In this document: piece after piece, positions 42,725 through 50,409 of the stretch | How the letters are laid out: the number at the start of each line of letters is the position of its first letter | Position numbering within the stretch: the stretch's first letter is position 1 | Virus record (IMG/VR): IMGVR_UViG_3300036773_000096 | Span: 32,001 to 96,000 of that record | Length of the DNA stretch: 64,000 bases | Source of the DNA: a virus | Strand: one strand, 5' to 3' | Translations under genes and position numbers: made by a program | The notes under the pieces: model-generated | The model's input: only the letters and a program-made list of their open reading frames with translations | What the model was told of the DNA's origin: nothing | Databases searched by the model: none

Positions 42725-44065
42725 CTAAGCCGCAGCGGCCGGCGTGGCCACGATCTGACCCGCCGACACGGCCGCCACCGCCAGCACCACGCCCGCCGCG
42801 AGCACCAACGCCCCACTCGAAACACCCACCAGTGTCCCGGTCGGGACGGTCACCGCCAGCACCGCCGCGCCCGCGACCACGGGTGGGGCCAGCGCGAGCG
42901 CCAGCGCGCCCGGCCAGGACAACTGCTGCCCCGGTGCCACCGCCACCTCGCCACCGAGCACCCGGTAACCCACCACGTCAGCCGGAACCGACACCTCGGG
43001 TATCGCCATCGGCTCACCCAGCTCCGGCGCACTGACCACTAGCGGGCCATCCGTTCGGGGAATCCCCGCCCGCAGCAACCGGGTGGCCGCCTTCGGTGTG
43101 CCGCGCTGCGCCAAACCCACCGCGCGGGCCTTATCGGGGGCCGGTCTCGAGAAAAGCAGCGAACAGCGGCACCCGAACACTTCCCGGCCACCGGCCGGCA
43201 GCACCATCGGGTCAGCGGGGAACCGCAGGCCGAACTCGCCCACCTGAAACTTCTCCCCCACGGGCCGGATCTGCCCGTCGGCCTCGACGTGGGTATGGCG
43301 GACCCGGTCATCGCGCCGCGACAGCCACTGAGTGTGGGTAACGCCCAGGGCTTTCGCCGCCCCCAGCGCGGCGTCGCCGGCCAGCGCCGTGGCCAGAGTG
43401 CGCCCGTTGATCAGCAGCCATCGGCCGCCGCGCTTGGTGGCCTCCATGACCCGGTCGATCGCCTCGGACAGGTTCCCCGCCGTGGAGTCGGCGGCCAGGA
43501 TCTCCCGGCGGATGTCAACAGCGTGGCGTTCGTTGACTTCCAGCATCCGCCCCACTACCGAGTCGACCGCGCTGGAGATCGCCGACCAGTCCAGTGCCGC
43601 GAGCCCCGTGTTCGGGCGCCCCAGGGACTTCGCGACAGCTGCGGAAGCGTCCGCCACGATCCGCAACCCCACCGGGCGTACGGCGTCGGCGACCTCAGTG
43701 ACCACCCGCTCGGGTAACACGTAGGACGCGTCGAGGGCTTTGACTTCGGTTCTATGTCCGTAAGAGGCCACTTCCCCTCGCCCTGATACCGATTTCACCC
43801 CATCGGACCAGAAGCGGGTGCCCTTGCGAGCCTTCGGGCCGCGCATCCGGGCCTCGACAACCGCCTCCAGCCGGTCGTTGTAGCCGCCGATCGCGGCATC
43901 CATCAACGCCACCGCCCGGTCGATGCGCGCCGCACCGTGATCGGCCAGCGCGGTGCGGATCGGGCCGGGCTCCGGATCGGGGAGAGCTTCGGAGATCATC
44001 GCGGCCTGGGCGGCCAACGCCGGAAGGGCGTCAGCGGCGAGCGGGTCGCCCCCCGCTCTGCTCAT
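42725..44065 (-). CDS. MuF-like minor head protein with a degenerate C-terminal domain
   Basis: WLSRRDDRVRHTH, LRFPADP and FGCRC are MuF motifs. Confidence 0.87.
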   Translation of the reverse strand: MSRAGGDPLAADALPALAAQAAMISEALPDPEPGPIRTALADHGAARIDRAVALMDAAIGGYNDRLEAVVEARMRGPKARKGTRFWSDGVKSVSGRGEVASYGHRTEVKALDASYVLPERVVTEVADAVRPVGLRIVADASAAVAKSLGRPNTGLAALDWSAISSAVDSVVGRMLEVNERHAVDIRREILAADSTAGNLSEAIDRVMEATKRGGRWLLINGRTLATALAGDAALGAAKALGVTHTQWLSRRDDRVRHTHVEADGQIRPVGEKFQVGEFGLRFPADPMVLPAGGREVFGCRCSLLFSRPAPDKARAVGLAQRGTPKAATRLLRAGIPRTDGPLVVSAPELGEPMAIPEVSVPADVVGYRVLGGEVAVAPGQQLSWPGALALALAPPVVAGAAVLAVTVPTGTLVGVSSGALVLAAGVVLAVAAVSAGQIVATPAAAA

Positions 44066-45710
44066 CCTCCAGGCTCTTGACCTGAACTGGCGCGGCGTCG
44101 ACCGCGCTACCCGGTGCGGTGCGATCAGCTTGGCCGATGGCCCGCTGGTTCGGTGGCCCCGCCGTCACCGCATCAGCCGGCGCGCCACTGTCCTGTCCAG
44201 GGCCTTCCAGGTCCGCGCTCGGGTCGACACCGAAGCCCGCCGGCAGCGTATTGGGCACCCCGGCACCGCCCGCGCCCCCAGCCGGTGCCATGCCGAGCTG
44301 CCCATTGCCGATGGGGGCGTTGCCGGCGGCGTGAGCGTCCCCGTCGTGGGCGGGCTGACCGTCGTCGATGGCCAGGCGCGCGGACGGGATCCACAGCACG
44401 CGGGTACCGGGGACGTTTATCGGATCGCGGTCGCACACCTCGCGGTACTCGTCGATGCTGATCGCGCCCCGGTCGAGGTCGGCCGCCGCCCGGTCCTCAT
44501 CGGCGCGCTGATGCCGGCCCAGCACCCACACATCGGAAACGTCATGGGAGAGGTAGGTCTCATCGTCATAGCCGCCCGGTGACAGGACATCCAATTGCGC
44601 GTCCAATAGCCGGAACAATGGCAACATGCAATGCTCCCACGCTTTAGCGTAATCAGCATCAGCATTATCGAATGTTTGCCCCGACGCATCGGAGACAACG
44701 GACTCGGGCAGTCCGAACGCCACGCAGATCTCGCGTTTGGTCCGGTCCATGGTGTCGGCCCACTGAGTGTCCCGGGGTGTCCCGGACGTGTCCGTCCACG
44801 CCATGTCGTCGGCTTCGATGACGGTAGTGCGGGCATTGGAGACGTTCGGCCCCCCGTTGAACCGGGCGGCCAGCACGTCCTCATAGTTCGGGTCCAGGGG
44901 GCCCTTCACGGCCAGGATGCCGCCCGGCCGGCCGTCTTCGAGCATGAACCTGCGGTTGTACAGGCGCGCATATCGGTCGAGGTCTGCGGACAGGCCGGCG
45001 GCTTCCATGGGCGACATGCCGCGCTCGAACATCGTGGGGTGCGGGGAGCGCAGCCACACGATGCCGCTGGGCTGGTCCTCTGGAGAAGCGTTGGGATCGA
45101 ACGGTGGCCGCCAATCCCACCGGGGGGAACCATTGGCTACCGCCGTGGTCACCCGGAACGACTCGATGGGAGTGACGACACCGATCTCATTCGGATCCTG
45201 CGGGTTCTTCTTCCGCCGCCCCGGCACGGGCAGAACCGCATCAGGATCCAGCAGGTAAACCGAGTGGATACCGCCGCCGCGTGTGCGGACCGCCTCGACG
45301 AACACCCCGCGTGAGGACAGCATGAACTGGGCGGTGAGACGGTGACGCCAAACCTGGGCGATCTCCCACTCATTGGCGCGGCGGTTCAGCCGGCGCAGGA
45401 TCCGCTTCTGCTCCCGGTCCTGCTGGCCGGGGTCGATGATCTCCCCGTCGTTGGGGTTGTCGCGGCGCAGCACGATCTGTCTGGCGCGCTCATTGGCGGC
45501 GATGAACTCCACACACCGGAAGACATACGGGTTCCAGGAGTAGCCCTCACGCACCGCGCGGTCGGTGTCCCAGTCAACGGAGTAGGGCTGGCCGGGAACG
45601 ATGTAGCCGCGTGGGCCGGTGACCACTCGGGAGTCCAGGCCGCCACCTTGACTGCCTGCTCCAGCGAAACGCGCGCGCAGGGCCGGCAGGAAGCGACGGG
45701 CCACAACCAC
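44031..45710 (-). CDS. Portal protein
   Basis: YVFRCVEFIAAN, SPMEAA, RFM.EDGRPGGIL, ICVAFGLPESV and ISIDEYRE motifs. Confidence 0.92.
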   Translation of the reverse strand: MVVARRFLPALRARFAGAGSQGGGLDSRVVTGPRGYIVPGQPYSVDWDTDRAVREGYSWNPYVFRCVEFIAANERARQIVLRRDNPNDGEIIDPGQQDREQKRILRRLNRRANEWEIAQVWRHRLTAQFMLSSRGVFVEAVRTRGGGIHSVYLLDPDAVLPVPGRRKKNPQDPNEIGVVTPIESFRVTTAVANGSPRWDWRPPFDPNASPEDQPSGIVWLRSPHPTMFERGMSPMEAAGLSADLDRYARLYNRRFMLEDGRPGGILAVKGPLDPNYEDVLAARFNGGPNVSNARTTVIEADDMAWTDTSGTPRDTQWADTMDRTKREICVAFGLPESVVSDASGQTFDNADADYAKAWEHCMLPLFRLLDAQLDVLSPGGYDDETYLSHDVSDVWVLGRHQRADEDRAAADLDRGAISIDEYREVCDRDPINVPGTRVLWIPSARLAIDDGQPAHDGDAHAAGNAPIGNGQLGMAPAGGAGGAGVPNTLPAGFGVDPSADLEGPGQDSGAPADAVTAGPPNQRAIGQADRTAPGSAVDAAPVQVKSLEDEQSGGRPARR

Positions 45711-45760
45711 CTCCGAAGATCGGACGGGTCAATGTAGCCACGCCGGGAGGCCCGGAACGC

Positions 45761-45797
45761 ATCGACGCGCCGGGGATGGGAGGCCCGGCGCGTCGAT
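45761..45797. terminator. Stem-loop upstream of the portal promoter
   Basis: Perfect 13-bp stem ATCGACGCGCCGG / CCGGCGCGTCGAT; a TACATT -10 box follows on the minus strand. Confidence 0.65.
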
Positions 45798-45838
45798 AGG
45801 AGGGGTGATGCTGGCGGGTGGTGGTTCGCCAACGCCGA

Positions 45839-46042
45839 TTATACGGGTTTGTCCGCCGCGAATCCGATCAGTCCCGAAAGAGCGATCAGGACAGCACCGA
45901 ACCACAGTCCGGCGATCGCCCATCCCCACAGTCCCCACAGGGACGCTCCGATCAAGACGGCCCCGATTACCCCCAGCCCCACGGCGGAGACATCCCGGAT
46001 GATCTCCGGGTCGCGTGGGGTTGGGGGCGTCGGTTCGGTCAC
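45839..46042 (-). CDS. Small two-TM protein preceding the portal
   Basis: GTG at 46042; VSAVGLGVIG..LWFGAVLIAL. Confidence 0.65.
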   Translation of the reverse strand: MTEPTPPTPRDPEIIRDVSAVGLGVIGAVLIGASLWGLWGWAIAGLWFGAVLIALSGLIGFAADKPV

Positions 46043-46227
46043 CGGGCCAGGACCACGATGTTGCGACGCGGGCGGCGCAGTAGCTCCCTGGAGGTTGGTG
46101 CTGTGTTTAGTGCCGTGATCATCCTCAGTAGCTCGGGCTTCAGGGGCAGATGGATGCTGACTCCACGGTGATTGGTCAACCGCAGTACTCCGCAACCGAG
46201 CAGATTCCGGGCTCGGTGTCGTGCCAT
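46039..46227 (-). CDS. Basic 62-aa hypothetical protein
   Basis: GAGAGG RBS; GTGA-coupled to the next gene. Confidence 0.45.
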   Translation of the reverse strand: MARHRARNLLGCGVLRLTNHRGVSIHLPLKPELLRMITALNTAPTSRELLRRPRRNIVVLAR

Positions 46228-46284
46228 GGCCGTGCACCTCTCGTGATCTTTAGGTCGCTCACAGTTACAGCCCCCCTGACATGC

Positions 46285-46309
46285 AAAAACCCCCGGAATT
46301 AACCGGGGG
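46285..46309 (-). terminator. Rho-independent terminator
   Basis: CCCCCGG-TTAATT-CCGGGGG-TTTTT on the minus strand, after gene 46359. Confidence 0.8.
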
Positions 46310-46358
46310 CCTTGCATATGCAATTTACACGGAGCATTTGGTCAGTGAAACACGGACG

Positions 46359-46676
46359 TCACACCGAATCCGGCTCCTGCGCCCGCGCGTCGGCGCGCAA
46401 ATCGTTGACCATCGAGTCCAGGGTCTCCTCCGCCCAGCGCAAGCTGCGCTGGGACGCCCGTAAGGCGTCAGTCACACCGTTCAGCGCAAGGGTCCGTCCA
46501 GGCAGGTCGGCGACGCACTGCGCCAGACGTTCGACGTGATCGTGTGCCACCTGCTCGGCAACCGCGTAGGCCACCTCGGTCTGCACCTCATGCAGAACTC
46601 GGATGCTCCCCTCGGCCCGCTGCCGGACGACGAAGTCGTCCTGCGCCTGGATCATGTCGTTCAACGATGACGTCAC
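46359..46676 (-). CDS. Hypothetical helical protein
   Basis: 105 aa, GTGA-coupled. Confidence 0.6.
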   Translation of the reverse strand: MTSSLNDMIQAQDDFVVRQRAEGSIRVLHEVQTEVAYAVAEQVAHDHVERLAQCVADLPGRTLALNGVTDALRASQRSLRWAEETLDSMVNDLRADARAQEPDSV

Positions 46677-46966
46677 GCCGGCACCTCCATCTCTGCGGCT
46701 TCCCGCGCCGCGACAACCGCGTCGGTCCGCCGGGCCATGTGCTCGTACTCGACCACCTCGCCCAGCTTGTCGGCGACCTCAGTCATCAGCGTGTTGGCCA
46801 AGCGCAGCCGCTCGGCAACCCACTGCAACGTCTCAATGTGCTCCGGCAGGGCCAGAGCGGCCTCCTCTATTTCGTCGATGTTGTCAATACGGTTGGCGTT
46901 GCCCCGCACCGCCATGCTGCGAGCCGTCCGAACGTGCCCCACGTGGATATCCCTCATAGTCGACAT
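46673..46966 (-). CDS. Hypothetical helical protein
   Basis: 97 aa downstream of the sigma gene. Confidence 0.6.
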   Translation of the reverse strand: MSTMRDIHVGHVRTARSMAVRGNANRIDNIDEIEEAALALPEHIETLQWVAERLRLANTLMTEVADKLGEVVEYEHMARRTDAVVAAREAAEMEVPA

Positions 46967-47001
46967 GCGACCACCACCATTTCACTTATCGGGTCCGGTG
47001 A

Positions 47002-47718
47002 TCACCGGATCGTTTCGGGGAGCAGCTCGCCCAGCCGGCGCACCGCCCGGTGCTGCAAAGCCTTCACCGCCCCCGCGTTATAGCCCTCACCCATCGCGGC
47101 GGCCGTCTGCGCGACCGTCAGCTCCAGGTCGAACCGCAAGTGCAGCACTTCCTGCTGGCCGGCGGTGAGCTGGCGCCGAGCCCGGTCCAGCGCGGTGCGC
47201 GCGTGGTCGAGGTAGACCACCCTGGTGGCCTCCTCGCTGGGATCAGCGTCCTCTGCGAGGCCGATCGCGAAGACCTGACGGCGCATCTGCTTGCTGAATC
47301 CCACCGAGCGCATGTTCGCCGGGGCCGGCCAGGCGCTCTCACCCGTGTCGATCGCGTCACCTGAGGGCATCTCCAAGCGCTGGCGACTGGACTTCACGTG
47401 ATCGAGGACGAGGTTGCGGGCGATGGTGACGAACCACGCGCCGACGTCACGGCCCTGGTAGTGCGCTGAGTCGATGCGCTTCAGCGCGCGGCAGAACGTC
47501 TCACTGGTGAGGTCTTCAGCGGTAGGCCGGTCCACGGTGCGGTAGAGGACGAAGCGGAACACCACGTCGACGTAGCGCTCGTAGAGCATGCCGAACGCGG
47601 CGGAGTCCCCACCCTGGGCGGAGGCGACGAGATCCCAGCAGTCCCCGCGCTCAACCTCGTCAGCGGAGCGCCGCTTGCGCATGCTGGAGCGGAAGTGCGG
47701 GACGACGGCGGTGCTCAT
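47002..47718 (-). CDS. ECF sigma factor, BldN/SigD-like
   Basis: LVASAQGGDSAAFGMLYERY, TAEDLTSETFCRAL, QGRDVGAWFVTIARNLVLDHVKSSR and AVKALQHRAVRRL closely follow Streptomyces BldN regions 2 and 4. Confidence 0.9.
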   Translation of the reverse strand: MSTAVVPHFRSSMRKRRSADEVERGDCWDLVASAQGGDSAAFGMLYERYVDVVFRFVLYRTVDRPTAEDLTSETFCRALKRIDSAHYQGRDVGAWFVTIARNLVLDHVKSSRQRLEMPSGDAIDTGESAWPAPANMRSVGFSKQMRRQVFAIGLAEDADPSEEATRVVYLDHARTALDRARRQLTAGQQEVLHLRFDLELTVAQTAAAMGEGYNAGAVKALQHRAVRRLGELLPETIR

Positions 47719-48008
47719 GCGGTCGCCCCGAGCACCGCGTAGGCGGCTTCGACGCTGCACGGTGGGGTCATGTCGACCTCGTCGACGCCGTAGTGGGCGC
47801 AGCGGTCGAACGCGGCGGCGTTGGTGTGGTAGCCGCCGCACGCGGGGCAGTAGTGGTCGCGGCAGACGTAGTCGTCACCGTCGTCGGTGAGACCGGTGTA
47901 GCCGTCGGCGGTGACGGGGATTCCACCATCGCGGCGAATCTCGACGACGACGGTGGCGTTGCATACCTTGCACGGGCCCTGTTCGAGCAGGGTCTCTGAA
48001 GTCGACAC
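47715..48008 (-). CDS. Cys-rich hypothetical protein
   Basis: CKVC, CRDHYCPAC; ATGA-coupled to the sigma gene. Confidence 0.62.
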   Translation of the reverse strand: MSTSETLLEQGPCKVCNATVVVEIRRDGGIPVTADGYTGLTDDGDDYVCRDHYCPACGGYHTNAAAFDRCAHYGVDEVDMTPPCSVEAAYAVLGATA

Positions 48009-48031
48009 AGCTATCCCTCCCTCTGGTGATA

Positions 48032-48051
48032 CCGGAACGAGGGCCAGTCTA
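48032..48051 (-). promoter_or_regulatory. TANNNT-N7-GTTCCG promoter of the sigma operon
   Basis: TAGACT-ggccctc-GTTCCGG. Confidence 0.65.
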
Positions 48052-48067
48052 CTGGGTGAGTTCCGTA

Positions 48068-48087
48068 GCTGTCCAGCTGTCCGGACA
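48068..48087 (+). promoter_or_regulatory. Putative GntR operator, copy 1
   Basis: GCTGTCCAGCTGTCCGGACA, 19/20 identical to 49463-49482; TACTGT -10 box follows. Confidence 0.65.
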
Positions 48088-48104
48088 GGTGCTACTGTGA
48101 GCGC

Positions 48105-48344
48105 ATGGCCCAACCATGCACTCGCACCTATGCGGATGACGTGACCGACGCGCTGACGTTGCTCGACGACGCGCAGCGGGAGATCAAAAACTGGCGCGCC
48201 CACCTGAATGCCCTAAGGGAAGACCCCAACCCTGGGCGCGCCCGGCAGGCCCAACGCTGCGGCGAGATCGTTGCGGCAGCAATCAACGCTGCGGTCTGTA
48301 ACACGCGGGACGCGGTCGGCGATATAACCCGTATCAGCCACTGA
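48105..48344 (+). CDS. Hypothetical protein (probably leaderless)
   Basis: TACTGT 6 nt upstream of ATG. Confidence 0.62.
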   Translation: MAQPCTRTYADDVTDALTLLDDAQREIKNWRAHLNALREDPNPGRARQAQRCGEIVAAAINAAVCNTRDAVGDITRISH

Positions 48345-48360
48345 CCGGAAGGACCCCGCC

Positions 48361-48531
48361 ATGAAGATCCGTTCCGCCCTCGCCGTGACCGCTGCCCTCG
48401 GTGGCGGTGCCGTGCTCACCGCCGCGCCCGCACTCGCCTGCGGTGACACTCCCGGCTTTTGCCCCAACCCGCCCACCAGCTCCAACCCGGACAACGGCGA
48501 CTACGGCGTCGGAGTCGGCGGAGACTGGTAG
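48361..48531 (+). CDS. 56-aa secreted peptide
   Basis: GGAAGGA RBS; MKIRSALAVTAALGGGAVLTAAPALA signal peptide then CGDTPGFCPNPPTSSNPDNGDYGVGVGGDW; below the ORF-track cutoff. Confidence 0.65.
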   Translation: MKIRSALAVTAALGGGAVLTAAPALACGDTPGFCPNPPTSSNPDNGDYGVGVGGDW

Positions 48532-48539
48532 ACAAGGAT

Positions 48540-48616
48540 TGGCCGCTAGCTCAACGGTAGAGCGGCTCGCACGGCGCCGTGCGGGGCGGCCCTGGGTTCG
48601 ACTCCCAGGCGGCCAA
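48540..48616 (+). ncRNA. tRNA-like RNA lacking a canonical anticodon loop
   Basis: Acceptor TGGCCGC/GCGGCCA; D arm GCTC-AACGGTA-GAGC; T arm CTGGG-TTCGACT-CCCAG; a 23-nt GC hairpin replaces the anticodon arm; no encoded CCA. Confidence 0.75.
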
Positions 48617-48617
48617 C

Positions 48618-49436
48618 TCAGTGGATCGTGGTCTCGAAACTGAGCACGTAGCTCGATGCCTCGATCACCGCGATCGAACACTCCACCGGCCGGTCCCCCG
48701 CGTAGAACACGCGCATGATCTCCCCCACGGGCCCCACCACATCCATACCCAGAACCTGACGCTCACGCGGCGTCGGGGGGCGAACCCTGACCTCCTCTAA
48801 GACGCGGGACACCACGAGCCCCACGGAGTACAGCTCCGCCAGGGTTCCCCCCGGCCAGGGCTGCCGATCCGGGTCAGCGACCGGGGTACCGGCCACTAGG
48901 TCTAAGGGAATCACTGACGTTTGCAGCTGCACCGTCACCCCGCGCACCTGCTTAATCAGCTCCCGCGCGAGCACCATCGCACCGGGCACCAGCTCCAGGC
49001 GCGCCGCGAAATCCTCACCGGCCGGCTCTTCGACGTAGTGGGCGAGCACGTTGTGCTCCGGCCACGCCACACCGTGATCCGTCGTGAACGCCGACGACAG
49101 CGGATGGCAGCCATCGTGGGCGCGGATCGCGTCCAGGGCCTCCTGGTATCGCTGCGTCGACATCCGGCGGACTTGCGGTGGGGTAGCCACTCGGGTGGGG
49201 CACCCCGAGCGCTTCACGATCCGGCCCTCAGCTACCAGGTCATCCATGGCGGTGCGCACCGTGGCGCGGGCAACGCCGGCCATTTCGGCGATCGCATGCT
49301 CACCGGGCAGGGTCTCACCTGCGGCAAGGGTGCCGTCGATGATCGCTCGACGTATCGCGTCGGCGACCTGACGGTGCAGCGGCGTGCCCACCTCGAAGCG
49401 GTTGACGCTCCGAAAGTGGACCCCAGTTAGTGGCAC
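48618..49436 (-). CDS. GntR/HutC-family regulator with UTRA domain (KorSA/TraR-like)
   Basis: QVADAIRRAI..GETLPGE..VARATVR HTH; WPGGTLAELYSVG..EEVRVRPPT.RE..L UTRA; TATGAT-N7-GTG start at 49436. Confidence 0.88.
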   Translation of the reverse strand: MPLTGVHFRSVNRFEVGTPLHRQVADAIRRAIIDGTLAAGETLPGEHAIAEMAGVARATVRTAMDDLVAEGRIVKRSGCPTRVATPPQVRRMSTQRYQEALDAIRAHDGCHPLSSAFTTDHGVAWPEHNVLAHYVEEPAGEDFAARLELVPGAMVLARELIKQVRGVTVQLQTSVIPLDLVAGTPVADPDRQPWPGGTLAELYSVGLVVSRVLEEVRVRPPTPRERQVLGMDVVGPVGEIMRVFYAGDRPVECSIAVIEASSYVLSFETTIH

Positions 49437-49462
49437 GCCACGAATCATAGCCGACCTGTCAG

Positions 49463-49482
49463 GCTGTCCAGCTGTCCGTACA
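49463..49482 (+). promoter_or_regulatory. Putative GntR operator, copy 2
   Basis: GCTGTCCAGCTGTCCGTACA between divergent -10 boxes (TATGAT on minus at 49444-49449, TACTGT on plus at 49490-49495). Confidence 0.68.
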
Positions 49483-49572
49483 CCCGGTGTACTGTGGTGA
49501 GACCACAAGACGTCGCCGGCCGGACGGGTGGAACGAACCCCGCCGGCCGGCGAAACCAACGAAGGGGGCGAC

Positions 49573-50409
49573 ATGGACGCAGACGCCAGGGCCCCCCTGT
49601 TCAACCGCTGGACGTGGGGCGCGGTCGGGCTCACCATCGCCCCGCTGATCCTCTGGGGCGCCGCCAGCGTGTTCCTGCTCGCCGTAGCGTGCGGCATTCC
49701 CGCCTACCTCGCGTGGATCCCGTCAGCGTCGACCACGGGCGTCATGCTCGTGTCGTCGATCTTCGCGATGACCGAAAGCCTCTCCGATGAGGTCCGCACC
49801 TACGCCCGCCGGATGGCCTACTCCGCGATCGGCCTGGACACCGTCGTGTCCGGCCTGCACCTCGCGCTGCCAGTGCACCTCAATCCCGCCGTGGGGTGGC
49901 TGGTGTTGATCGGCATGCTGCCCCCCCTGACTGGCGGCATCACCGGGCACATGATCGCCGCCGCTGTCCGTGAGCACCGCGCCACCGGCAAGGCGGCCGT
50001 CGCCGCCCAGCTCGCCGCCGAGCAAGCCCACCGCGACAGTGAGGCCGCCATCGCACGGGCGGAACGTCTCGCGACCATCGCCCGCGCCGAAGCCGACGCC
50101 AAACGCATCGCCGATGAGGCCGATGCCCGCAAGCGCGCCGCTGCGGCGGCCGTCGTCAACACGGCGCTGACCGGGCCGACGCTAGTCCGCGCCCCCGCGC
50201 CGAAGCCCCCGGCCAGGCGCACCGCGAAGCCGACCTTGCGTGATGCGGCGGTCGCCGAGCTGGTCCGTCGTCACCGCGCCGGCCAGAACATCGCGGCCAC
50301 GGTGGCCGCCGAGCTGGACATCGCGATCGGCGCCGGCAAGGGCTACTGCAAGAAGTTCCTGCCCGAAATCGTCGACCACGTGCTCACCGCTGAAAGGAGG
50401 ACCGCCTGA
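49573..50409 (+). CDS. DUF2637 / Spd-like membrane protein
   Basis: About 4 TM segments, IPAYLAWIP, then an Ala-rich coiled coil and a C-terminal helical domain. Confidence 0.65.
   Translation: MDADARAPLFNRWTWGAVGLTIAPLILWGAASVFLLAVACGIPAYLAWIPSASTTGVMLVSSIFAMTESLSDEVRTYARRMAYSAIGLDTVVSGLHLALPVHLNPAVGWLVLIGMLPPLTGGITGHMIAAAVREHRATGKAAVAAQLAAEQAHRDSEAAIARAERLATIARAEADAKRIADEADARKRAAAAAVVNTALTGPTLVRAPAPKPPARRTAKPTLRDAAVAELVRRHRAGQNIAATVAAELDIAIGAGKGYCKKFLPEIVDHVLTAERRTA

Noticed and set aside
48540-48616. Calling this element a normal decoding tRNA
   Set aside because: No 5-bp stem with a 7-nt loop can be formed in the anticodon arm, so no anticodon can be assigned
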